Positions 42,550-56,925 of a stretch of 64,000 bases of DNA are shown here, one piece after another; positions within the stretch are counted from its first letter, which is position 1, and every line of letters begins with the position of its first letter. Made by a program: the position numbers and the translations under genes. The notes under the pieces are model-generated. The model did not search any database. It saw nothing but the letters and a program-made list of their open reading frames with translations, and was not told the DNA's origin. The DNA comes from Eimeria praecox (lineage: Eukaryota): contig OY986947.1 of assembly GCA_963920595.1 (NCBI GenBank), positions 2,418,001 to 2,482,000 of the forward strand, read 5' to 3'.

Positions 42550-44900
42550 GAACATGGAGGGAGAGGGGGTGGAAACGGGACGATGGTTAAAGGCTCCTAT
42601 GGAGGTGCAAAGAAGACCCCCATACAACAAGACGATTGGCACAAGCCTCCATTCCGTACCTCCACGCGCAAGCTGTCGTTTGCGACTACGGGTACTCACC
42701 TTTGGGCAAGCGAGTACACGTGGCGAACAGCAGCGACAGGCCAATCACTACTTCTGCGGGGCAATCAATGAGGGATAGATTGTTATTTACATGAAGAGCG
42801 TCTTCCCATTTAGCAGGACTGTCCGAGAGCACTTGCAGCCCTTGCGGCGCCTTTTGCAACTATTAAGTGAGAAACAATTTTTCTTAAATGCACAAAAATG
42901 CCCAGTTCCCATGTCAAGTATTAGCGGTTTAAGGTTCCGCATGCCTGCAGCAGGAGGAGAAACAGATCTGGCGAAGGTAGACGCCGTCAGGGCGTGGCCT
43001 CTACCCCTGTACACTCCAATGAATTTTCAGAAGTACCTCAACCTCGCATCATTCGGCCGCTGGTCCATGCGTAGATTCGCTCGTATCTCCTCTCCTCTCA
43101 CAGGTATACTCAAGCAGACAACTTATCTGTCCGGCAACTAAAGAAGGAGCAGCTAGAGTCCTTACCAGACACCCGGCATGGTCTTCGGTACTAACATTCT
43201 CCGATGTCGAACAACCGACGCCAGTGGCTTAGAACTTTGATGATGCTCCCTCAACACGCCAACGACTCGTAGAAGCACAAAGAATCGTGAGTTACCCACA
43301 GCATTTCAAGGAAAAAGAGCAGAAGTCTTGGTTACGAAGAAATGAGCACTAGGCCGTCTCGTTGGGGTAAAAATGGCGAAGGAGACTTGGCGAGAATAAC
43401 AGAATGAAAGAATTGTTCGGTGAGTTTGCCTCGTTGCGCTGCAAGGCTTCACAACCAAATTTATCGAAGGGATCGCCGGCGCCGTCGCTGACGCACTCTC
43501 CCGACGCCCTACGGGATAGGCACTGTTCTGTAACAGCGTATACTCGAGTTCCTTTTTTAAATTGTGCTCTTATAACTGCTCAGATACTCATGCAGCTGTA
43601 GTTTTCTCTAAGTTCAACACGGACGGCGAGGGGCGGGTTAAGCATTACAACATTGGCAATGATCCCTTGTGGTGCAAGACAAAGAATAGACTCTGCTTCA
43701 CACAAAATTTGGGGGCAAAAGGCGTGTAAGTATTTTATCGACTCATGATTGAATCAACGCAATCGTGGAACAAGTTGTCAGGTCTTTCCGGTGTCCTAGG
43801 AAGATTCCCTCAGCACAGGAATATTATCGTCACCTGCTCAGTATGTTAACAACGGAAAACTCCGGACACTCCCCAACCTGGGCTCTCTAACAGAGTTCTA
43901 CAATCCCCAAACTTATCTAGACTGGTAGGTCAGTGAATTTCGCAGTGAGTTTACCCTCAGCTAGAGGATACCGTGGCACCTACGTTGTTGTGCATAGTGC
44001 GTCCCCTTCGTCCCCTGCTGTAGCCGCGGAGTACAGCAGGAGAGGCCCAAGCATTCATTAATCACGTCTGGAACCACTATGGTTTTCTGAAAATGTGATT
44101 ACCAAAGAGTACCCGAAGTTCGTTGGCGCCTTCTCGCGCGAATTCATGAAGCTTTTTCTTGCCGGCTGAGCCTTGACCACCTCGAACTTTCCTGAGGCCG
44201 GTAGTAAAACTTAATGGGCCAGAGGCTTGAGCTGTGCTTGTGCCCCTGTAAGAGGCGAAATTCCTTAAAGTTGACTGGTTCTTCCCCGTGTGAGGAATTG
44301 TCTCATAAGGCAACAATGCGCTATTAGATAAGGTTCTCCCGTACCTCGATGGTTTACATCGAGGCAGACAAGAAGCAGGTCGAACAACGGTTGTCTGAGC
44401 AGACATTTTATATCGCTATTGGAAGTCATCCTTGTACGCCCACAGCTGCGTACTTCCACATATAGCTTGTAGCAGGGTGTAAATGCACGGAGAAAGCGCA
44501 AGAAGGCCAGGCAAGCGCCTAGAAACAGTATTCGGCAGTAACATTCAAGCCAGACGACTTGGTTCAAGTGAATTCGCACGCTCTCCCAAGTGAACAGAAG
44601 AACGAGCAAGTGAAGAAGCTCGTCGACCGTTGGGTATGGCTCTGTGCTGTTCGTTTTCGGGTAACTCAGGTGAACGCATTGACTTATACCGTGATCGTAC
44701 CGCCCAAACGCAAGTGTCATCATATCACCAGTGTTGGTTTTGCAAACGGTTCAGATAATCACCAACACATTCCCGAAGCTCGGAGCACAACACGGCGCCA
44801 AAGCTATTGTGAGAAGTAAAAGCTGGAGGAGTGTAAGATCCCGGACACACGCCAACAGGATTCGCAAATGATGCAGAAAACCAGGCTGCTGCGCATAATG
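42550..44900 (+). mobile_element. Decayed Ty3/gypsy (chromovirus-like) LTR retrotransposon pol remnant
   Basis: RT remnants LRVLTFGQ..QRQAN..IVIYMKS (YxDD destroyed), HLQPLRRLLQLLSEKQFFLNAQKC and KVDAVRAWPLP..RRFARISSPLTGILK. RNase H TTDASG, integrase TCSVC and NFAVSLPSARGY follow, in the order RT-RH-INT, with many stops and frameshifts. No LTR pair was recognised. Confidence 0.85.
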
Positions 44901-45599
44901 CCCAGGGAACTGATTGTGATGTACGCGCTTTGCTCTATCTACCGGGAGCTATGAGCCGCCCCCAACAACCCCTGCACTTTTTCCGTGTTTTGAGGAGGAG
45001 CACGCCTAGCGTGCCTGCCTGCACGCACGCACGCCTTGGAGATTCGCCGGTTCCCTGCCTAGCACGGCAGACTGAATCCGTTCTCCACCAGCAGCAGCTA
45101 CCGGCACAATTTCATTTAATTGTGATGTCCCCGCTAAAAGGAAGCTATGAGAAAAGCCGCAAAAATAGCAAGCCCAAAGCGGCTGCAATGGCAGGTGGCA
45201 GGCCACAGCTTCCATCTTGCCAGACAGTCAACACTAACAGCAGGAAAGCCAGCAGGGGCAACACTAGGAACAGCAACAGCAGAAAGGTTTGGGCCGAGAA
45301 TTAGGGATTCCAGCAGAAAGAATCACATGAGGAAGAGCTGTATCAGCAAGTGCAGCAAGCAGAAGATCCAGCAAAACCGCTCGGAGCAGCAAGAGCAACA
45401 GGCGCTGCAGTAGTAGCAGCTGGCCGCCCCTCCCGCAGTGAGACTGCCTGAGCACAGCTGGCCAAGGGCTTGGATTTGGTGCGGGCATCTCAGGTCTAAC
45501 ATGGGCTGCAACGTACCAAGCTGCAGCCTGCTACGCAGCCCCACATGCATTCACAGACAGTTCTCCCCTTGCTACGTGTGGTGGCATTGCACGCTGTAG

Positions 45600-45942
45600 T
45601 GTAGACTGTCTTAAAGCACTTATTTGACCCTCCAGAATCAATCTACGAGCGAGTAGTGGTACGAGTACCAGCATCACGCAGACCATGCTACAGATGCAGC
45701 GTGGATCCGTTTCATGTTGTTATGATTATTCCTCATTGGATTTATTAATGGTTCATCACATTTCTATAATGTTAGTGCATGCACCAAAGAGCGTTGGGAT
45801 TTGCTCGAATCGCCGGTTGTCTTGCAACTAAAGTTGTAGCAAGGTGTGCCGCAACATGCTCTTCGTGATGTCTGTTCCCACATCCCTAATGGCTTTCCTG
45901 CACACTATGGAGGAACAAGGAAGTGCTTAAAGACAATCTACA
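45600..45942. repeat. About 35-bp imperfect inverted repeats flanking about 270 bp (MITE-like)
   Basis: 45600-45634 TGTAGACTGTCTTAAAGCACTTATTTGACCCTCCA aligns with the reverse complement of 45908-45942, TGTAGATTGTCTTTAAGCACTTCCTTGTTCCTCCA. Confidence 0.55.
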
Positions 45943-46794
45943 ATGCTCTCGCCTGCAGCAAAGCGGCCTTGGCGTACATGTAGGGGATGCTGTCTAGTAC
46001 TAGCCGCAGCAAGGTGCGTTGCAGCTCATGGCAGGCCAGGAGCTGGAGGGGAGATCCGCCGTTTTTCGTGAGCTCTTTCGTGAAGCGTTTGACACGATTG
46101 CAGCTCACGACGGCCCTCAGCTAAAATCGAGGACTCATATTATATGCGGGGCAAATCGTGTTAGGCCACCGCACCTCTCTACTAGCCCCAGGCCCTTGTG
46201 CTGCTGGGCCTAGTATGCATGGAGATTGGATAGGGGAGTCAGCTATATCTTTGTAACTCCTATTTCAAGGTCTCCTGACTCTATTGCAACTCACGGGGTC
46301 TCCAGCTAAGATATAGGACCCTTCTTAAACCTGGGGTTCATAAGCGAAAATTGTGTGTATACAGCAAATCCTGCGGTACAGGGTTTAGGGTTTAGGGTTT
46401 AGGGTTTAGGGTTTAGACTGCGACATTCCATACTTAACGCGGTGCAAGGGCTGCAGTCGCACGGTGGGGAGGCTTAAGGTTAAGGGTTTGGGGTTTAGGG
46501 TTTAAGGTGCAGGGCTTCACAGTTTCATTCTTCTATATCTTTATAATGTTTTTTTCATTATTTGAGGCTTACACATGAGGGTTTAGGGTTTCGGGTTGAA
46601 TTCTTAGGGTTTAGGGTTTAGGGGGCTGGGGATCGGGGCTTTATAGTGGACGGGACATACTATCCCCGCTGGGGTTTGTATGTTGGGGTGCGTTGAGGGT
46701 TTAACGTTTAGGTCTTTTCATCATTTTTTTAATATTTGTTTCTTTTTTTAAAATAATTTTTCTCTTGAATTTTCTTCTAAGACAATTCAAGAAG

Positions 46795-47746
46795 ATGGCT
46801 CCTCGATATCTCGTCCTCGTTCGACACGGTGTGTGCTGCACGCATAAGCTGCGTCTAGATTTAGGGTTTAGGGTTTAGGGTTTAGTGTTTAGGGTTTAGG
46901 GTTTAGATTTAGGGTTTAGGGTTTGAGGAACACGGATAAGACAAGGTGCACGCTTCACACCCCCCTCTCGCCTTTATCGAGGCAGTCTCCACTGCTGCCG
47001 GATTAGATCGTTTCAGCCTAGGGTTTAGGGTTTAGGATTTGGGGTTTAGAGGGTTGGGGTTTACTTTCGTTTTGTGTTTATAGACCTGTTTATCTGTGGT
47101 TTGGGGCTTAAGGTGTGGCATTTGGTGTTTGTTCCTAGACTCTCCATGCGTGCGGCCCTGCACGGGCGCACACACTTGCATGCACTCGCGCTCCACTTGG
47201 GGTTTAGGGTTTAGGGTTTAGGGTTTAGGGTTTGTGTTCAGGCGAGTCTTCATGGAACAAGGAGAACCGCTTCACCGGCTGGACAGACGTTCCCCTGTCC
47301 GAGCACGGTTTGCAGGAGGCCCGGTGAGCTATCCTGAGGGTTTAGGGTTTAGGAGAGGGGCTCTGGAGCGCAGGGTTTAAGGTTGAATGGCTGGGGTTTA
47401 GGGTGCAGTGGTGTGGCACTTAAATTTAGGGTTTAGGGTTTAGGTGCCATGGCTATCAATGGAAACTGAGACGTTTAGGGTTTAGGGTTTGTGTGGCTGC
47501 AGGGAGGCGGGAGATATGATTCGTGAGAAGGGGCTTAAATTCGATGTCGCCTACACCAGCGTTCTGAAGAGGTGCGTGTACACCCTGCTGTGTCTAGAAC
47601 ACCCTAGCTAGGGTTTAGTGTTTGGGGTTTGGAGTATAGGGTTTGGGGTTTAGGGTTTGTGGTTTGTTACAGGGCTGTGGAAACATGCTGGACGGTGCTG
47701 ATGCACTCGAATCAGTGCTACTTGCCCATCAAGAACACCTGGAGGT

Positions 47747-47788
<42 letters not shown>

Positions 47789-49396
47789 TGTTGCTGGGGG
47801 CTGTCTACTAGTTTCTGTGGTAGAGACGCTGCTAGGGTTTGAGGTTTCCTAAACCCTAAACCCTAAATCCATTCGAAGGAGCGAAAGACCTGTCTCCTTG
47901 TTTTGAATGCAGACTCAACGAACGCCACTATGGCGCTCTCCAGGGGCTTAACAAGGCCGAGACTGCTGCTAAGCACGGCGAAGATCAGGTAGGATATATT
48001 AAACTAACACATCTTAGATAAGGAGACAGACTGTTTGAGGGTGTGGGGAGAGAGATTGGATGAGGAGACACTTAAGAAAGAGACTTGAAGGGACAATGTG
48101 TTTGTTTTAGATTGTTTTGGGTTTAGGGTTGGTCTGTTACATCTCTTTTCGTTTTTAATTTATCTATCTTTGCTATCTTATTTGTTTGTCTGTCACCTGT
48201 TTCTAGTTAAGCGACGGGTTAGGGAAGGGAGACCCGCATGTTTGTATTCTTGTAGTTTGTTTGATCTTGCTCGTTTGTATAGGTTAAGGTATGGCGTCGC
48301 TCATACGCCGTCCCCCCTCCTCCTCTGGAGCCCGAGGACAAACGCAACGCCAAGTTTGAAGAGAAGTACAGACATCTGCCTCAGGAGGTTCTGCCTCTGA
48401 CAGAGTGTCTTAAGGATACAGTTGAGAGAGGTAGGCGAACTCACAGCTTGTTTCTATCTGTTTATCTATCTATCGAGATCTCTATAGCTGAATGTATAGA
48501 TATGCGTATGTGTGTGTTGATGCTTATCTATGCATGCATGTGTGTATATCTGCATATATATATATATATATATAAACTTTATTCGTGCGTATATGTAGAG
48601 CTCCTGTTTTCTTTTCTTTGGTGTAGTGGCTATGCGTGGGTGTACTTGGAGTCGTTGTGTAGGGTTTAGGGTTTAGGGTTTAGGGTTTGCGTGCAGTGCT
48701 CCCATACTACTTCGACGAAATTGCCCCGGCTCTGTTGGCTGGACAGAAGGTTTTGGTGGTTGGTAAGGCTTATTTAGATACAAGTTGATTTAGTTTGCTG
48801 TGTTAGAAGCAAAGAGGCAGGTTCCTTTAGAAGATTTATACTGTTAAGTAGATCCGCGAGGGATTATGATTATTCTGAAGAAACAAACAGATCAAGCCAG
48901 CAGCGGCACATGCAGCAACACGCGAGTTCCTTATCCTTATTTAGGGTCTATTTGCATATTTCGGGTGTACATACACTGCAGCCGTGTGTGCTGTGTGGGT
49001 TGGATTGCATGCATGCAGCTCACGGAAACAGTCTGAGGGGTTTGGTGAAGCACCTTGACAAGATGTCTGAAGAGGATGTCTTGGAGCTTAATATCCCCAC
49101 CGCTGTTCCCCTCGTCTACGAATTGGATGATGATTTGAAGCCCATCAAGAAATACTACCTCCTCGATGAGGCAGAGGTTAAGGTGCGTCCTTATAACAAA
49201 CTCGCTGTTTCGCTGAGGCGTGTTGCTGCAGTTGTTTAGTGTGGCTGGTGTTCTTTGCTGCTGCTGCTAAGAAAACGAGGCTACGGTGTAGACGTATCCG
49301 TGGCGTGAGGGGTTGAGGTCTAGGGTTTAGTGTTTTTGGGGTTTGGGTGCTCAGAAGCGAATTGCGGCGGTGGCGAATCAGGGGAAGGCGAAGTAA
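46795..49396 (+). CDS. PGAM: 2,3-BPG-dependent phosphoglycerate mutase (9 exons)
   Basis: [129 protein letters not shown]. The catalytic RHG is intact and all introns are GT-AG. Confidence 0.97.
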
Positions 49397-50560
49397 ATGT
49401 GAAACCCTCACTTTGATTCACGATAGAATCAGAAACAATATACAAACAACAGAATAATATCCAGAAAAGACAGAATCAAAAACAATATACAAACAACAGA
49501 ACAAACAAATTTTCTTTCCTAATTAAATAACATTGGCCCGAACTAATGCTTAGAGTTTAGGTGTATACACTGCACACCGCAATCGTGTTTGCTAGAGGAA
49601 TAGCGGCTTCTAGAGCTTGCATGCAGGCAGATTCAGTACATATAGCAGCTGTAGTCTAGGGTTTAGGGTTTATCTTCTGGAAGCATCGGCTTAGCTGCAC
49701 GGGCAGATGTGAAGAAACGTGTCTGCTGTTTCTTAAACGTAGCTGCCCATACCCCCAACCCCAAAAGAATATCCTACACCATGAAAGTTAAACAACCCAG
49801 ACAAATCCTAAAGAATTGCTGCTGTAAAGAATTTTTCGCTGGGCCTGTAGGGAAGGCGAGGCAACAAGCCAGCAACAGGATGGCGCTGCAACAGCAACAG
49901 CAGCAGCAGCAGCAGCTGCCACACCAGCAGCTGGAGCAGCTGCACCAGTAGCAACAACACCGACAGGAAAGAGTGCGCACAGCAAAAGAGAGAAGTTGAA
50001 ATCGCTCTTCAAAAGAGGAGATTAAGTGCGAGACACAGCAGCAACAAGAAGGGGAAAGCATCTGCAGCTGCAGCTGCAGCAACAAGAAAGAATGAATCTT
50101 ATTCACGTTATTAAACCCGGAATCCTTCCTTGGATTTTCATGGGTGGGGAAGGCAACAACAAGCAGCTGCAGCAGCAACAGCGGCTGCAACACGAGCAGC
50201 GGTGGCTAGTACTTGAAGTACGTGAGCAGGAAGAGTTGCTGATTCTGTGCAGCAATAGCCACAATAGTAGCAGCTGCTGTTGCTGCCTGCTTGCTGGGAT
50301 CTGTGTAGCTTGCTTGTTTTTTGTTTTGTTCTGCTAGCATCCTCTGAAGTGCTGCAAAAACTGCTACGGTTTATTTTAATGTTGTTTGTTCTACAACAGC
50401 CAGCGGGATATGCAGGTGTACGCACACCTCAGAATAGTGAGACAAATGGGTTGTCTCCTTTTTGGCTGTCTCCGTCTCTGCCATGAGGCGGAGTACACAA
50501 AAGGAAATTGTCTCTTGTTGACCTAAAAGATTGGGTCCTTCTAATTAGTGAAGAGCTTAC

Positions 50561-50562
<2 letters not shown>

Positions 50563-50650
<88 letters not shown>

Positions 50651-51021
50651 TTTACAAATGGCGTAAACGAGACACCGAGGAACCGATGCTACAGAAGACA
50701 CTCCTGACAAAAAAAAGGTTCTTCTGTCTTCAGTTGTACAGGCGATTCATTATTTTAATATAAAATAGCATAAGGATGCAGAACCTCTATCCACTAAGAT
50801 GCATTTGAAACAAAATTTTAGGCTAGCCACTTGCTTATAAATACAGTATATTATTTGATTGTGAGCATGCTAGTATAATATCTGCTGCTGCGAATACAAG
50901 CTTGCAAATCCAGGTATACCCATATAAACACAACTGCACATACATTTAAGTACATATACGTGTGACATGCTCATTAACATAAATGCACAGGGTGCCTCAC
51001 TAAGGTAAGTTACACGCACGA

Positions 51022-51116
<95 letters not shown>
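50563..51116. repeat. Two long (TA)n tracts marking the transition to repeat-poor DNA
   Basis: Tracts at 50563-50647 and 51024-51116. Confidence 0.9.
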
Positions 51117-51118
<2 letters not shown>

Positions 51119-52181
51119 CTAGACATCGATATGTGGGTGTAATACGCACGTATCACACAGCAATTCACTTAACCAGTAAGCTGCTTTTTCGATGTCTCAA
51201 CGTGCATACAAGATTATTAAGAAAGTGCAAGTACAGATGGATAATATATCCATTTTCACGTTTCTGCGGACCTTCGATAAAGAAGAGTAACTATGTCACA
51301 GAATTTTAGTAGGAAATCAAGCGTAAAGCTTTACCGTCGGAGCATCCTCACGGCTCACGGTCACCTCGTGCATGCAGTTCGATTCTAGCAGCTTGGAAAC
51401 CGACAGATTGTGCTTGAACTCATGCTGGAATCAAATGCATTCCTAAATGCCAGGTGTTTGACGCTTTAAAAATATACCGTTCACCGCAGGTTGCTTACTT
51501 CTTAATTTGTTCTATACTCTATGCTCTTCCCAACTCTCGGAGAGGCCGTGACACGAGTTCCGGGCGTGGTCTTCTCCCTCCTTGTATGCATAATTGTTAA
51601 GGTGTATTTATTCACATTTTCGAAGCAACTCTGCTGCTTTCGTTGCTTTGTTGACTGGAAACCCATGCGGATCGCCATTTGACAAGCGGACCACTGGTCA
51701 AGAGCGACTGTCTGTGATCTGTCCAGGCAGATCTGCTGGTTTCTACCTTCATCACCATCCCACCTCTGGGCTTTCACGTATCTGAGTAACAAATAGATTT
51801 GTACTAGATATCGAATGCACCAACTGAGGTAGCATGGCTTCTTTTCCCTCCCCTTTTTCCCTCAGTTTCCGCTACGGGGGCGTTGCGTGACGACTGGAGG
51901 ACAGCACTAGTTCCACCTGTTTGCCACTAGGCTACGCTTCTCCAAGGCGAATCTGTATATGGACTGGATATCTTTGATTCTTAAGGTTTTAAGCCGCGCT
52001 TGTGAGAGTGCGCATGAGGCGCTGCGCGCATCTTTTTCAGCACTGAGCGTGAGTGGGGTAGTGTGGTATTTGAATTGGCGACGCATACCTGTGCATGCAC
52101 GCACACAAAACAGGAACTTCATCACGCACCTGCGCAGAAAGATCCCCGACCTAGAGAGCTTGCAGTATCCAGCAGCTGATA

Positions 52182-54751
52182 ATGGGTGCCTCTCCCCACT
52201 GCAGAATGCACAAGGAGATATGGGGGTCGCCCAGCGTGCGGTGGTGTATAGCGATGTTCGCTGCTGCATCAGTAATAGAAGCATTGCTAGCTAGTGCGCT
52301 AGAGATGACCGATACGTCTTCAAGCCAGAGACATGCAGCATCAGTTGCCATGCCGCAGGACGAGCACGAGCGTCTTCATCCCTTGACCCCGGGGGATCTG
52401 GTTGTTGGCCACTCTTTGAGTGGATTTGGGCCCTGGGTATTTAGAGTGCAGCAGAAGAAGTGGCAAGGGCCGCATCTTAGGGCCGTTACCGTGGGTTTGG
52501 TGGCGGTTGTGTGTTTAGCAGTGGCCTTTGTTGTGTTGCAATGTGCACAGAAGGCTCTCATGTCCACGAAGTTGTTTGGGTCTGTGGGTAAAAGGGCTCT
52601 CTCGGGTTCAGAGTTAGAGGCGCAATGGGTAGAGGCCTGCGCTGAGATGGAGGAGGAGGAGGAGGAGGGGGAGGAGGAAGAGGAGGGGGAGGAGGAGGAG
52701 GAGGAGGAGGAGAAAGGGGAGGAGAAGGCAGGGGGTGCAAGGGCACGAGAGGAAGAAGACACGTCCGAGGAAACGGGGGAGTCGGAGGCTCTGCGGGTAT
52801 TAGATGAGTTGAGGAGTATCATGGTTCTTGGCCTGGAAACAGTGCCGCATCTCCCCTGTGACAAGAAGACTGCTCTCGTTGTCTTGTTGTCGACTATCTG
52901 CACGCAGGAGATTGCTGTTTATGGGGTCTACTCAACTCCCCGGGTGGAGCAAGAGAGAATCAAGACAATAGATATCCTTTTAAATCTGGGGCGCCAGGCC
53001 TTTGCACAACTGCACGCTGATGGCGAGAGCTTTCAGAAAGTGAGCCGAGGGGCAGAAATGCTGGATCTGTTGGAACGTTTTAGAATTCCTGAACCGGTGC
53101 AGATCCCTGGGGGGTTGACTGCAGAGGCATCGATATCCTTGTTTAGGATTTCACATTGTAAAGAGGCTCTCGAACAGCTGCAGCGCTGGGTTAAAAGGTC
53201 TGTTACGGTCCCCAAAGACGTAAGCGAACGAGCTCTTAAAATTCTTTCTTACACGCGGCACGAGACCAAGCAGCGACTCAAGGCAGACGCCAACACGAAG
53301 TCTTATGTGGATGAGAAGCAAATACAACTTCGCTTCTATGGGATCATCGAACCTTCTCAAAAAAGATCCGCTGCTTATCCCAAGTCAATAGAAAGGGAGA
53401 TGCGAAGACTTGGTCGCGGCTACGGACGACTCCAAAGACTGTTTGTGCGCAACATCAAATCTGCTTTGAGCCAACAGCCGGTGCAACTGAGCCTACAAGA
53501 GCATCGCCAGCAATGGGCGCAACAGCAACAGCAGGAACTGCAACCGCTACAGCAACAGCATCATTCAACCAGCCAGCCAGCTGAGAACACTGCAGTGGCC
53601 ACTCAACCTGGTGAACAGTTGGCCATGCTGAGGTCTGGAGTAGGCGTACCGCCTCCGCTTCCTTCCAGGCCCCTTCCTGCTCCTTGCCAAGGAGCCTTGC
53701 CCACACCAACGCCCACCGTTTTGAACCTCCCTGTGCCCCAATCATCACAGCCTCCTCGTAAAGACTCGCGCCAGCATATTCCCACCGCTCCTCCTGAGCT
53801 CCCTGATCAGCTTCCTGCTCACTCCGCTCCAACTTCGCAGGTGACGCAGCAAGAATCGAGGGAACAGCAGCAATCCTCGTTCAGTTCTTCTACATCAGTG
53901 TCTGGATTTCGAGCAGAAGCTCCAGTCTTTCGACCGAGAGGAATTCCGCAGGAGGAGGCACAGTGGGACACGTCCAATACCTACCCCGGTACCGTGCATG
54001 CTTCATGGACCGCGCCACCAGCCCCTGGATTTGCTTCCCCCTGGCAAACCGGTGGTCCCTATACCACTATGCAGAGCCAGCAAAGACGGCCACCCATGCC
54101 CGCTTATAGCCAGGCTGGGTACTTGCAAGCAATGCCCCCAGGACACCCCTCTTCACACATAAGCCCCACACCTCATCATCACCAACCTAGGCCGCCCCGC
54201 CCCACCCATTCCCTAGGCATTTTACCGGCCCGGGACAACCTCACCGTACTATATCTTCGCCTGCTCGATTCCCCAGCCATGCCTTTCAACATCCCACGTC
54301 AGAAACACCACGGCACGTCCAGGCACCTCCCCTGCTGTTCTCTGGAGGTTCGCGGCAGATGCCTGCCTCTAGATTTGCATCTCCTACAATGTTTTGGCCA
54401 CCGAAAGATAGGAATTCCCTAGAAGGTACTTACCCGCATTCTCCGGTCCATACTTGGGACTTTAATCCTGTCTTGGGTCTAATTGCTGATGCGTTTCCAG
54501 GGGAAGGGACTCATTGGCCTAATGAGCCTGAGCGGATAGATCAGTGGGAGGCGCGATGGCTGCAAGATCCTTCTTCTCAGTCACTTCCTCCCTCTGGAGA
54601 GAACCAGGAGATACCTCCGTTGGTTGATGTCAGCCTAGAAGTACCGTCAGGAAGCCAAGGAGCATCCGCAGCCTTTGGCGGAACACCGCAGACTCAAGAG
54701 GGTCCAGCATGGAGTCTTTGGGGAGATTACGGGGGCAACAGTAGGCAATGA
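52182..54751 (+). pseudogene. Lineage-specific TM protein family member, copy A, with a +4 frameshift
   Basis: TM AVTVGLVAVVCLAVAFVVLQC, KRALS, poly-E, helical domain and Pro/Gln-rich tail. Relative to copy B it has an extra GCCC at 54199-54202, so the ORF stops at 54422 while the homologous C-terminus lies in ORF 54359-54751. It may be a truncated but expressed gene. Confidence 0.7.
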
Positions 54752-56449
54752 TAACTCCTTCAAGTGCCCACACTTATATGTGCAGCCTTGACAGTGTGGA
54801 CAGAAGATTATCGAAGACACCATTTGTGTCTATCACAGCATTTGTTCTAGAAAAGGTTCAGCTGCAGCTGGTTAGTATGCGAGGTTATTTTAAAGATACA
54901 GGTGGTTTACAGTGTGAGTCATTCTTTGAATGAGCACGAGATCTTTTGCGTTCTAGCAAGACATGTAAGTGCCCACCAGGGGGCGGCGTTGTGTGAGGAC
55001 CCCAATCCTATTAACTATGAGTTTCATGGCATGCATGTGCAGGGCTGGGTAGACGCGGGCAACAAGCAAAACACGCCCTGTACTCTTAGGTGCCCGCTTC
55101 GGTAAAACGTTTCAGCCATCTGCCCAGTGGCTTGCGTCGTCTTAGAAGTCAGCACTACGTGCCATTCTCGGAGGGCACTCAGCATTCTTGTTCATCTTGG
55201 CCTGTAACACGAGTCCTCAAGAGTTCTCAAAAAGCAGGTGCCCGCCCTTCCAGTCTCTAGTCGTCGTGAACACAGCGGCACAAAAGGTCTGGGGATGATG
55301 CAGAGAGGAGGCGACCTCTCATGGGTTGCAGCGTTCCTTGCTGGAGCAACTGTTGCAAGGCAAACCCACATGCAGCCATACAGCAAGCCCCGACGCACGC
55401 GTGACACTGTAGGCACTTGATATATACTTACTGGGTCATCAGCACCTAATGCGCACCCATGTAGAAGACAGGTCATGCTGCATGGCCTTTGTTTTGCACC
55501 GTTGCCGGCAATTCGTTTCTCGCAGGAAATTTTCAGTGGCCTTTGCCAATGCGGTTAAACGTAGAGGTAGCTGCCTGTTGTCTTTATGTGCAGTCAGCGT
55601 TTTATCCATAGCGCGTCTGTGCGCACATTCTGTTATGAGCTCAGTGCTAGTGTATGCCCTGAGGAGTACGGTTTGCCACTTCTTAGGCCCTGCAGCACGT
55701 TTGCGGTGCAATTACATCGCGGGTCACTGGAGTAAAGGGCCCCTAAGTCTCTTTACTAGAGAAAAAATGCATGCAAACCAGAAGAGCTGCTTCGGTGGTC
55801 TCGCCTGCATGCCCTGATGGGACGCGGGCGCTGTAGACTCATTGCGGAGCCGTTGTGTTTAGACTTGCATGCTTGAACGTTCCTCGCTTTGGGCTGTTCT
55901 AGACCTCATGCAGCGTCTTACAGCTATATTATTTCACCGGGACACTAAGCCTCCTGCAGAGCAGGAAACAATAATGGATTCTGACATTTTCAAGCATTTC
56001 GATTCTGACAGAGACTGCAGTTTCCGAGTTATGGATTGCATAGCGGAAGTCACTGTCTAGGGGAATAAAAATCATGATGGCGTAGGCACGCTTTATAGGT
56101 GGCTTTCCCGATGGCTACGTTGTATACCACGGCTGCCCTTCGCTAAGCCTTCTTGGCTGGCACTATGCCTCTCAGGAAGTGTTCTCCCGTCCTATTAGGG
56201 GGCCTGCGTCTACTTGTATCTGTGTGGGTATGTGCTGTTCCATGCGTTAACAGTATGTGACGAATGCTTAACGTAAGAGGTGCGGTGCGATTTAGACAGG
56301 TCTCTTCACTTCACTGACGCCTAGAGCATCGGTATGGCAAAGGGTCGATACCACAGCATTACGAAACTTGGGAACTGGTGTTTGAGGCACAAGCCTGCTA
56401 GCTAGATGCAGATGCAGGGTGCGAATGGCGAAATAGCCAGAGGGACACT

Positions 56450-56925
56450 GAATGCTGGGCTCTGGACTGCCCCTTCGCTGTAGTCAGAAACATGTGAATG
56501 GCGGGGTGGCCAAAAGGTTGCTGATCGCTGGGCTCTGGACTGAAGGAGGTTTTAGTTGCTGGCATGAGAGAACTTCCTGGTGCTAAACAGAGGTGTAGCA
56601 GGACCTGTCAAAAGTCTAGTCAGGTGGACGAACTATAGGCGTGTGTGTGTGCGATAGCGAAGGCAGTTTGTGCGTACCCTTTAAACACTGCATTAGCTCA
56701 AACATTCAAGTGGCCCGAGAGTAGGCCTACGTATGGGATGCCTTTTGAAGGGTATTGCTCAATTCGGGCCTCCAGTGAAAGGCTTTTGGACGGATGCAGT
56801 CATAGTAGCAATCCCTCCGGTCCCGCGCTATAGTCAGAAAGGTGTGAATGGCGGAATGGCCGAAGAGTCACTGAGTGCTGGGCTCTGGACTGCCCCTGCT
56901 CTTTAGTCAGAAAGTTGTAAATGTG
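56450..56925. repeat. Degenerate direct repeats of about 73 bp (GCTGGGCTCTGGACTG...TAGTCAGAAA..TGTGAATGGCGG) in the spacer
   Basis: GGGCTCTGGACTG at about 56457, 56530 and 56881; TAGTCAGAAA at about 56482, 56831 and 56904. Confidence 0.75.
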
